In this document: in pieces, positions 19,401 through 28,814 of the stretch
How positions within the stretch are numbered: position 1 is the first letter of the stretch
Layout of the letters: each line of letters opens with the position of its first letter
Translations under genes and position numbers: made by a program
Notes under the pieces: model-generated
Seen by the model: only the letters and a program-made list of their open reading frames with translations
Told to the model about the DNA's origin: nothing
The model's database searches: none
Origin: Macrostomum lignano
Lineage: Eukaryota
Reading direction: 5' to 3'
Assembly: GCA_002269645.1 (NCBI GenBank)
Contig: NIVC01005002.1
Location: 1-28,814, forward strand
Length of the DNA: 28,814 bases

Positions 19401-21689
19401 AGAAAGTACAAGGCACTCTAGGAAAGGTTTCAAAGTTTAATTGTGAAACAGGCAATAGAGTTTTTAAGATTGCATATTGATCAGTTTAAGATAACATTCC
19501 CAGAATCATAGCTAATGAAATATTTGATATGAATTTATATAGAAAAAACTCTGTTATTTTTTCAAGTATATTATATAACGATTATATAGTTTCAATGCCA
19601 GAGCATTAATAGCAACAAATTTATATAAGATATCAAACTAAAACAGAAATTTCTTTATAATTTGGAATATTTTATATTAATCTATAAGTTTAATACTGGC
19701 TATACTTTGCAGCATAAATTGTTTATATATCAAATTAAATACCTATAGTTTGTAGTCTTAAAAATTAGTCATATCAAAAAATGTAAAAAATATTGTAGAA
19801 ATGTTAAAAATTAAGTATAACTCTTTGTAAAAATATAATTTTAAAATGCATGCTTAATCTTAATTTATATTGAAAAGACAATAAAAAGACTGGCAATGGT
19901 CATCGCCTAAAAATATTTATAGTTTATTAATTTTACAAAAAGTAGGTTGAACAGAGCATGTCTACGATGAATAGTATCTTTTAAAAGCCATACAGGTATC
20001 GCAATAAGAGCTTTCAGCTACAGAAAAAAAGAAAAATGCAGTAAACGCAACTGTTTTACACACTTCCTTTAAATTTAAGTCGTAAGTGTTGATTGAATTG
20101 GACTTATCTAAGAAAATAACCTTTTTGAAATTCCTCGATGAAGCTTCAAAAAACAAACAACAAAACATGTATTTTGTATTATTTTAGTTAATTTTTGCAC
20201 ATGCATGAAATAATTTCACATTTATTCAGCAGATGTTTTAGCAAAATACGCGCGAATTTATTCTCCTTTATTTTTATTTTCATCTTAAAATTGTTAAATG
20301 CAGCTATAAACGATGGCGGAATTAGCGCGCGCAGAGAAAACGTACCTCTCGTTTGACTGTAGTAGTTTAGTGTTTAAAATTCTTCGATGTTCCTGCATGG
20401 AACTCAACTTTCTCGTTGCCTGATTCGCGGGGTTGGAGTGGGTGTTTTGGGCGAGTAAACTGATTCATGGGGTTCTTCGTGTCATTCTTGTTGAGAATTA
20501 CATGTAGACCGAAAGCTTCAATTACATGTAGACCGCGGGCTTGAGTGCTGAAATTAATTACTGAGCAACCTGACCATTCACTCCTTCAGATCAAGGTAGC
20601 TAAGATGTTGGCGAGCAGCTGGATTCAGCTACAGAGAGTACAAAAAATTAAGAGAGACAATTACAGGGAGGATTGCGATAGTGTGTACGTACATGTACTG
20701 TAAATTGCTAACCCGGTAAAGCTGTAATTGGGAATGCAGGAACGCATTGCAGACTGAGAGGACTTCTGCAGGGTTTTTTACTCTGGCAAAGTCTACTGTA
20801 CAGTGCTGTTTTATACTAGTACACTTATTTAATTTTTATAAAAAATATAGTACATCGTACATGTACATTATATTATAATGTACACGTAGCTTTTAGCAAT
20901 AAAATGGACGATGACCTGAAGTCTAGGGTATTTTCTAACGACTGGAAATGAACACAAAACGCTATCATGCATAGATTGCAAGACAAGCCCGGATGACTGC
21001 AGACTATGACTCCGATATAGATGTACATCTACATGTAACAGCAGCTCAGGTCCCATAAAAATCATGTTTTATTCACTAAGTGCGCCGAACGCGATCCCGG
21101 TGAACCCTAGATATCCAGGCTCTTCTCCCGATGACTCATCAGATGACTCATTCCTGCATCCACCCCACTCCTTCCCCCACTTTATCCTTCGCGATACTTT
21201 GTTAAAAAAATCACTGAAATGGAACCCAATGGAACGGCAATTCAAGGTATTGCACATAACGAGCCACGAGCATGGGACATGAATTCATTACGTGCTATTT
21301 GAGCAGCGCGTTTTTACCACCTTTGTGGCAGCCCGGCTCTTCCCCTTCCCCTTACGCGCCGAGCGCGGCTCTTATTCGACTTGTTCGGCTCTTGGGTAAC
21401 TTTCCGGAACCTAGCTTCCGCACCTTCATCTTAGACGAGCCACCACTTCCCTAGGGTCACCACACCACAGAGTTTATCCACGAGTTTAAGTCAACCTGCG
21501 AGATCGCCATTTAATCCTCCCTTTGATCCTCGTCGAATCCCTGATTCCCTATCCCTGATTGATTGAACCGAATTTTTTAGAGGCAGGGGGCTGTGTGCAC
21601 CCTGGTGCACAAGCGACGCAAGGACTACTAAAGTAGAATTGACGGAAGCGACGCACGGGGGCACGAGGAGACTGGCGCAACTCGAGCAT

Positions 21690-21724
21690 GCGCTGGTTCG
21701 CTGGTTCGCTGGTTCGCTGGTTCG
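21690..21724. repeat. (GCTGGTTC)x4 at the 5' junction of the RTE element
   Basis: Direct inspection. Confidence 0.9.
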
Positions 21725-23179
21725 CTGCGACACCAACTGCGACACCATGGCTCCACAGGCTCTCCGATCAGACTATCGGCTTCTGCTCTGCGACTTGCGG
21801 CTCCACGACCAGCTCTACCGACCGCCAAAGCAGCGGCCACGGCGCTACTATCACGCTCTGTCGGGCGCCCACGTGAAGCGTCAATTCTCAGGCGCTTTCG
21901 TCGGCGTGTTTGGAGATCAGCGCGAGGCGGAGTATTCCGACATCAGAACCGCCGTTAGAGCTGCTGCGGCTCCGCTGTGTAGCCTCCCAGGTCACAGGCG
22001 TCATGAACCTCATGCTCGCTGGCACCCCCGCGCCCACCGAGTGGACGGTTGTGCACATCGTGCCGATCCCGAAGAAGGCAGAGACAACGCGGAAAGAAGA
22101 CCACCGCGGGATCTTGCTGATGTCCTGCACCGCGAAGCTCTTCAACCGGCTGCTGCTCGATCGTCTGCAGTCGGTACTGGACCCGTACCTGCGATACGAG
22201 TAGAACAGATTCCGGCCACAACGCGGTACAGTGACCCAGATCCTCGCACTCCGCCGTGTCATCGAGGAGGCGCGCATCCACCAGTCTACGCTGATCATTG
22301 TCTGTCTTCGTTGACTTTCGAAAGGCGTTTGACTCGGTGTTGAGAGCCGCGCTTCCCTTTGTCCTTCGAGCCTTCCGGGTACCCCAGCAGCTAATCGACG
22401 CTGTCATGGCGCTCAAGCTGCTGTGACAGCGTCGATGACAGCTGTGACAGCTGCTGTGATGACGGCGGACGGCCTGTCTGACCTCTTTGACACTTCATCA
22501 GGAGTTCTGCAGGGCAACACGCTGGCGCCATTCCTCTTTGTGCTGCTGCTGGACTGAGTGCTTCGGACCGCACTCCCCTCGGCTGACGACGGCTTCCTGC
22601 TGCGCATACGTATCGGTCGCCCCCAATGCCTGAGCGTGCTGTCCTTGTCCGTTGAAGGCGCCCAACGCCAGATCGACAGGCTGGTCGAGGGTGGCATCGA
22701 GCGTCGGTCTCGTTGTCAACATGTAGAAGACCGAGGTGCTGACTGTGCCGGCCGAAATCCCAGCGGAACTGACGTGTCGCGGCGCAGACGGGCAGACGAC
22801 CAGGCTCGCACGCTGCCAGCGGTTCACCCACCTCCGCGGTCTGGTGCCCCACGTGGAAGAGGACCTCCGGCGGCGCAGAGGACTTGTCTGGGCGGCCTTC
22901 CATTCGATCCGGGCCGTCGTCCAGTCCAAAGCGCTGCCCGACCGCCAGAGTTTCGGCTGTGGCAGGCGGTGATGGAAACCGTCCTGCTCTACAACGCCGA
23001 GACATGGAGGCTGACGGCTGCGCTGGAGCGGCAGTTGGACTCGGTGCACTCAGTGCGACCTTTCGAGCTGACGAGAGCGTCGGGATCGAGTCCCTGTACG
23101 ATCGGGCCAAGCTGCAGCGCCCGTCCATCATCCTGCGCAGGCGACGACTTCAACTGGCGGGCCACGTGATCCGGGCCGG

Positions 23180-23182
<3 letters not shown>
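21725..23182 (+). mobile_element. Decayed RTE-like non-LTR retrotransposon (APE C-terminus plus RT), truncated at both ends
   Basis: LRSDYRLLLCD (APE end), IVPIPKK..HRGILLMSCTAKLFNRLLL.RL, FVDFRKAFDSV, GVLQGNTLAPFLF, ETVLLYNAETW, LRRRRLQLAGHVIR. Stops, frameshifts, YADD segment missing. Confidence 0.9.

Positions 23183-23236
<54 letters not shown>
23183..23236. repeat. (CT)27 microsatellite
   Basis: Counted directly. Confidence 0.98.
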
Positions 23237-23239
<3 letters not shown>

Positions 23240-25413
23240 CTCTCCAGGTCGTAATTGAGACGGGCCAGAAGCATACGCTCCGCACACTTGGCGACGCAGC
23301 TGGTGAGTGCGACGGGGCGGTAATTGTCCGGTGATGTGGCGTCTTGCCCTTTTTTCTGAATCGGTATAATGGTGCCGGTTCGCCAAATGGTGGGTGTTTT
23401 GCCCTCACGCCAGGTGCGCTTGATAAGGCTAAGTAAGGCTTTGTCAGCGGTCGGCGGGAGGCGTTGAAGCATCTCGTTAGAGATGCCGTCGGTTCCCACA
23501 GCCTTCCCTGATTTCAGGCAGCGGATAGCGGCGCGGAGCTCGTCGATATTGAAAAGGGCGTCCGGGCCGTCAGCTTGGGGGTCGCTCATAGGAGCCGTGG
23601 CCTTGTTCGTCTCGTATCTGATTGCTGAGTCCGTTTTTCGTCTGGGGACTCGGCTAACTCCGGCGTAAAGTTGACAGAAGAGTTCGGCCTTCTCTTTGTT
23701 AGTGCGGGCGATGCGCTCTGGCGAGTCTGGGGACGCGGCCCTGATAATGGTTGCCGGACCCGGGGTTTTGAAACCCTCGCCTCTCATAGCGCGGAGTAGG
23801 CCGAAAATGTCCGAGTCCTCGCTGAAGCTTGCCGCTTTATCGAGCAGAAAGGCTTTCTTCTCTCTCCGGAGGCAGCCTGAGGCGTTGTAGCGGGCTCTGT
23901 CTGCAGCAGCGATATTTTCTCTGCAGTTCGTCTTGCGGTGCGAGTAGCTTTGGTGGCCTCGTCGCAGGCTTCGTTCCAGAAGGGGAGGCGTCGCGCCTTT
24001 TTTCCGGAGCTGCGCGGGATGGCAAGTCTTGCTGCGATCAGGATAGCTTCGGAGAGGCGTGTGGCCTCCATGTTTAGTGTGGTATCGCTGCGTTCGGATT
24101 CTGCCCATGTGTTTAGCGATTCTCTGAAGGCTCCCCAGTCTGCTTTCTTGTAAATCCAACGTCTTTGCCCACAATGGCGAGTTTTATCGGCGTTAGAGGC
24201 TGAGAGGCCGAAGACGATCGGCAGGTGATCGCTTCCCCAGTCTGGTAGCGTCTTCCAGGAGTCCGTGATGGTTCCGGCAATGGCACTACTACAGATAGTC
24301 ACGTCTGGGCTACTAAGGCGGCCAGTACTTAGGGCAGGTGCGTGTGTGACAGGTGGCGTTACAGATGACAAGCCCATTGTGGGCAGCCCACTCGTCGACA
24401 GTCTGGTCTCCGACATCTTCATCAATATGGCGGTCCCAGCTTCCGTGTGCGTTGTAGTCGCCTCCTAGGATGACTCTGCCGGTGGTCGGGAGGTTGGTGA
24501 AGCTGGGTTGCCATGTTTTGTCGGGGCGTTGGCAGCTGGTTGGCGGTGCGTAGATAGATGCAATCACGATCGGCTGCTGTCCTTTAAGGCAGATGCGGCA
24601 GGCGGCGACGTCAAGAAGGTCGTGTTCTTTATCGACTTTGAGTCTGTCATACTGGACATCATCCCGGATTAGCACCGTGGTGCCTCCCCGTCCCGTAATT
24701 TTTTTGTTGATTTTTGGGATAGTGGGCTGGGCTGGCGGTAGCGTGCTGGTGTTGTCTCGTCCGGATACGCTCGTATGCTGGTTTGTGCTGGCTGGTTGTC
24801 TGTGCCATGCCATGGTGTGAAACGGACGCTGCTGGTGGTGCGGCCGCTGCGACATCCGGCGCACCAGTTTTCGCGGAGTCCTGGGAATCTCAGCCGACAG
24901 CGCGGGTTGGTACGGCGCCGTGTCCCGGCGGAACCTGTACCAGATGGGTCGGGAGGCCGATTTGAGTGAGCTGATGGTGCGTCAGCGCGGACATCGGTCC
25001 GGCGTTTTGAAGTCCATCTTCTCTGGCGGCCACCACGTTACCCCACGGCGGGTTATAGTCTTCTTCTCTCTTAAGTTTTGTTTTCTGTAGGAGTATAGCG
25101 GCGGGGCGCAGGGAGGCCAGCCTGTGGCCAGCTCCGTATTACGGCTTTTGATGCCATTGCAGTTGAACTGCACCAGGAGCTCTTGGTTCGGCCCGGCTTT
25201 GCGCGATGCTGTTATCCTGTGTCTCCTGCGCGTCCGTCGGCGGTGGAATGTACTATCGCTGTTTCCGCCGCAGAGTCGCATGACGGATAGAAGGTTCTCG
25301 GAGATAGACGAAGGCGTAGACGCGTTTCCTCGATTCTCTTCGCAGGCTCGGTGATGGTACGGTCCGTTAGTTAAAACCAGGGGCACCTCTTGGAGGTCGG
25401 CCGTAGGCCCCTG
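23237..25413 (-). mobile_element. ingi/I-group-like LINE: APE endonuclease plus N-terminal RT, no gag ORF, 3'-truncated, frameshifted
   Basis: QFNCNG, ILLQKTKL, GGTTVLI, IYAPP, GGDYNAH, GSDHLPI, WIYKKADW, KAVGTDGISNEML, IIPIQKKG..NYRPVALTSC. Ends at the (GA)n tract inside the RT. Confidence 0.88.
25358..25413 (-). ncRNA. Putative HDV-like self-cleaving ribozyme (56 nt) at the LINE 5' end
   Basis: P1 CAGGGGC/GCCCCUG; P2 UACGGCCG/CGG(A)CCGUA; P3 ACC/GGU; L3 UCCAAGA; J4/2 CUAA; P4 nearly absent. Folded by hand. Confidence 0.75.
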
Positions 25414-25599
25414 CCCCCAACCTGTTCAGGACGCTGCTCACCTGCTTAAGACGGGCGGAAAAATGGCTTGGTATTCCTACTGTTAATGTTTTTTGAAATT
25501 CCCAACCCGTAAACTTTTGTTGTATATTTCTATTGTATTAGCTATAACAAAAAACAGCTGTTAGAACGCACAAATTTGGGCCGTACTCCTGAAAAAGGT

Positions 25600-25835
25600 C
25601 AACCCCCCTCAGAGTCAGAGTCAGAACTGGGCAGTCAGAACGTCGTTCACGCAATTGTCTGCTGGCATAGAGTTGGACTCGGAGCCAGACACGCTGCTTC
25701 TCCAGGGCATCCGTCAGGGTCCATGTCTCAGCGTTCACGTGGAGCAGAACGGTCTCAACGACTGCCCGAAAACATCTGAGCCCTGGTGCCGTCATCCAGA
25801 GCCTCAGATCGCAGCACTGAGTGCGTCACCATTCT
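25600..25835 (-). mobile_element. Short RTE-like LINE fragment (RT C-terminal region)
   Basis: FRAVVETVLLHVNAETWTLTDALEKQ is paralogous to ETVLLYNAETWRLTAALERQ at ~22970-23035. Confidence 0.75.
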
Positions 25836-26012
25836 GATTGCAGGAATTAAACTTCTTGGTCATTGCTTTTAGCTATTAGTTGATAAAATTATGTCCAGTC
25901 GTATGCTGCGAGACTAAAGTGCACTGTGCTGCAGATGTAGAGGAGAAGCTGATCGGTTCAGATGAAGCACTTAAGATATACTTAAGAGAACTGAAGATAC
26001 TCATACTTAATC

Positions 26013-26311
26013 CAGGGGCGTCGCCACCGGCATCGCCATCGCCGCCCAGTAAAAACTATGGGGGACAAGCCTTTTGCTTTAGGGTGCCAAAATGAGTGAC
26101 TGCGGCATCAAAATGAGTGACTGCGGCATCAAAATGAGTGACTGCGGCACCAAAATGAGTGACTGCGGAACCAAAATGAGTGACTGCGGAACCAAAATGA
26201 GTGACTACGGCACCAAAATGAGTGCCAACAACACAGATTCTCAAAATACAAGTACATGTAGAATTCTTGGCTTTGTCCCCCCCACCATAAAAACACATGG
26301 CGAAGCCCCTG
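26013..26311. mobile_element. MITE-like element with imperfect terminal inverted repeats
   Basis: CAGGGGCGTCGCCA (26013-26026) versus the reverse complement of 26298-26311, CAGGGGCTTCGCCA (13/14). Subterminal TATGG..GGGGACAA(A)GC is also inverted. No TSD found. Confidence 0.65.
26088..26224. repeat. 21-bp minisatellite (CAAAATGAGTGACTGCGGCAC), 6 copies plus a partial one, inside the MITE
   Basis: Direct inspection. Confidence 0.95.
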
Positions 26312-26704
26312 CTTAGCGCTGTCTCTATCTCAAAACCAGATCAGGCGCAATCTCTCAGAAGACCGCAGGGAACTTGACAGATGCGGCGCAGCCTATACTA
26401 GAAGTAATAGAGAAAGGTATAAGAGTGCGTGAGTCGACGTCTTTTATTACTGAATTACTGAATAATAAATGGTACTTTGCAATCGGTCTTAATCCACTTT
26501 TTGAGTAAGAATATTTTCAGCAGCTCAATTCCTGCACACTGGCTTGCTGCAGACAATGTCCATGATTAGGGGCAGCAGCTGTTGCACGCTGGGAAAGATT
26601 ATTTATTTTGGAGCAGCAATACAAACTTCCTAGCTGCTGCCTTCAACAGCTGGTCAACTGCGCTGGATTTGGGAGGCCGCTGTGGAAAGCTGAAGACCGG
26701 ATAA

Positions 26705-27734
26705 CCCAGATCCCCACTCCCAAATCCCCACTCCCAGATCCCCACTCCCAGAACCCCACTCCCAGATCTCTACTCCTAGATCCCCACTCCAGTCCACTCC
26801 CAGATCCCGACTCCCAGAACCCCACTCCCAGATCTCCACTCCTAGATCCCCACTCCCAGTCCACTCCCAGATCCCCACTCCCGGATCCCCACTCCCAGAT
26901 CCCCACTCCCAGTCCACTCTCAGACCCCCACTACGATCTCCACTACCAGATCTCCACTCCGGATCCCCACTCCCAGATCCCCACTCCCAGATCCCCACTC
27001 CCAGATCCCCACTCCCAGATCCCCACTCCCAGATCCCCACTCCCAGATTCCCACTCCCAGATCCCCACTCCGAGATCCACACTCCCAGATCCCCACTCCG
27101 AGATCCACACTCCCAGATCCCCACTCCCAGATTCCCACTCCCAGATCCCCACACCGAAATCCCCACTCCCAGATCCCCACTCCCAGTCCACTCCCGGATC
27201 CCCACTCCGAGATCCACACTCCCAGATCCCCACTCCGAAATCCCCACTCCCAGATTCCCACTCCGAGATCCACACTCCCAGATCCCCACTCCCAGATCCC
27301 CACTCCCAGAACCCCACTCCCAGATACCCACTCCCAGATACCCACTCCCAGATACCCACTCCCAGATTCCCACTCCCAGAACCCCACTCAGATCCCCACT
27401 CCCAGATCCCCACTCCCAGATCCCCACTCCCAGATCCCCACTCCCAGATCCCACTCCCAGATCCCCACTCCCAGATCCCCACTCCCAGATCCCCACTCCG
27501 AGATCCCCACTCCAGACCCCACTCCCAGATCCCCACTCCCAGTCCACTCCCAGATCCCACTCCGAGATCCCCACTCCCAGACCCCCACTCCCAGATCCCC
27601 ACTCCCAGATCCCATTCCCAGATCCCCACTCCCAGACCCCCACTCCCAGTCCACTCCAGACCCCCACTCCCAGTCCACTCCCAGATCCCCACTCCAGTCC
27701 ACTCCCAGATCCCACTCCCAGATCCCACTCCCAG
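26705..27734. repeat. 14-bp satellite (CCCAGATCCCCACT)n
   Basis: Direct inspection; G3/G4 tracts on the minus strand. Confidence 0.97.
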
Positions 27735-28174
27735 CTCATTATTCAGTAATGGATTAATGCCTGACAAATAAATCAACTGACAAACGATAGCGTTGACGGT
27801 ACAGACTCCATTATTTGACTCATTACTTTCTTTATCTACTCTATAGTTTTACGCAAGCAGTGCATATGCTTTTTAAGATATGTAAAAATGACAGTTCCCA
27901 TTGAGCAATAATGCTGGTAAATGATTGACAGACGTTTATCATTCATGTACGAATCCGATAAGAACCGGGCTATTTTTACAACAGCAACAACCCCGCTTAT
28001 CGGCTAATTTTATATCCAACAGTCTCTGCTAGGCCTGTTCACTTTGAGGCATTCGTGGAGAGGATATAGGTCTGGTTGTCCTACAGTTCTCTTGAGCCTG
28101 CACAATGCTTGCTGAATCTACCTGATCGCCCTCTCTCCCTTGGGTATCGGTGGCTCAGACACCATGTTGGGATG

Positions 28175-28814
28175 CCAGGGCTTTAGCACCAGGGGCTTTA
28201 GCACCAGGGGCTTTAGCACCAGGGCTTTAGCACCAGGGGCTTAGCACCAGGGGCTTTAGCACCAGGGGCTTTAGCACCAGGGGCTTAGCACCAGGGCTTT
28301 AGCACCAGGGGCTTTAGCACCAGGGGCTTTAGCACCAGGCTTTAGCACCAGGCTTTAGCACCAGGGGCTTTAGCACCAGGGGCTTTAGCACCAGGGGCTT
28401 TAGCACCAGGGGCTTTAGCACCAGGGGCTTTAGCACCAGGGGCTTTAGCACCAGGGGCTTTAGCACCAGGGGCTTTAGCACCAGGGGCTTTAGCACCAGG
28501 GGCTTTAGCACCAGGGGCTTTAGCACCAGGGGCTTTAGCACCAGGGGCTTTAGCACCAGGGGCTTTAGCACCAGGGGCCTTTAGCACCAGGGGCTTTAGC
28601 ACCAGGGGCTTTAGCACCAGGGGCTTTAGCACCAGGGGCTTTAGCACCAGGGGCTTTAGCACCAGGGGCTTTAGCACCAGGGGCTTTAGCACCAGGGGCT
28701 TTAGCACCAGGGGCTTTAGCACCAGGGGCTTAGCCACCAGGGCTTTAGCACCAGGGGCTTTAGCACCAGGGCTTTAGCACCAGGGCTTTAGCACCAGGGC
28801 TTTAGCACCAGGGG
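28175..28814. repeat. 15-bp satellite (GCACCAGGGGCTTTA)n, runs off the window
   Basis: Direct inspection; highly homogeneous apart from G-run length slips. Confidence 0.97.

Noticed and set aside
18819-19455. SAPHPSES and RVPLTLQSP ORFs
   Set aside because: Satellite translations
25185-25215. 2A-like peptide (RKAGP) before the APE, as in ingi/L1Tc
   Set aside because: Lacks the D(V/I)ExNPGP consensus; only GP matches
26088-26224. CRISPR-like array
   Set aside because: No unique spacers and a eukaryotic context; the same applies to the other short repeats
26608-27776. Long PDPHSQIPTPRS and GSGSGDLGVGIWEW ORFs
   Set aside because: Open in multiple frames on both strands because the 14-bp unit lacks stops
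28175-28814. Telomeric repeat, or LKPLV/KAPGA coding repeat
   Set aside because: The unit is 15 bp with no TTAGGG; the ORFs are satellite artefacts

Overview
Repeat-rich animal (eukaryotic) genomic DNA with spliceosomal GT-AG introns; a free-living flatworm such as Macrostomum is my unverified guess from repeat style. Bases ~958-17214 hold the 5' part of a minus-strand gene for a secreted or cell-surface protein: signal peptide, short T/P-rich stalk, then about 20 fibronectin type III (FN3) domains. No transmembrane or catalytic domain is in the window, and the gene runs off the left edge. Its core is a tandem array of 10 near-identical, phase-1/phase-1, one-domain cassette exons (249-252 nt; two copies frameshifted) with homogenised introns. 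A degenerate short-LTR Gypsy element sits in one array intron, and a tRNA-derived SINE and three satellites sit in other introns. The 22-bp satellite in intron 1 is antisense to the cassette 3' splice sites, which recalls a Dscam docking-site arrangement (hypothesis). Upstream (17.3-28.8 kb) is intergenic: G-rich satellites, a decayed RTE LINE, an opposed ingi/I-like LINE with a compact 56-nt HDV-like ribozyme fold at its 5' end, and a MITE-like element containing a minisatellite.
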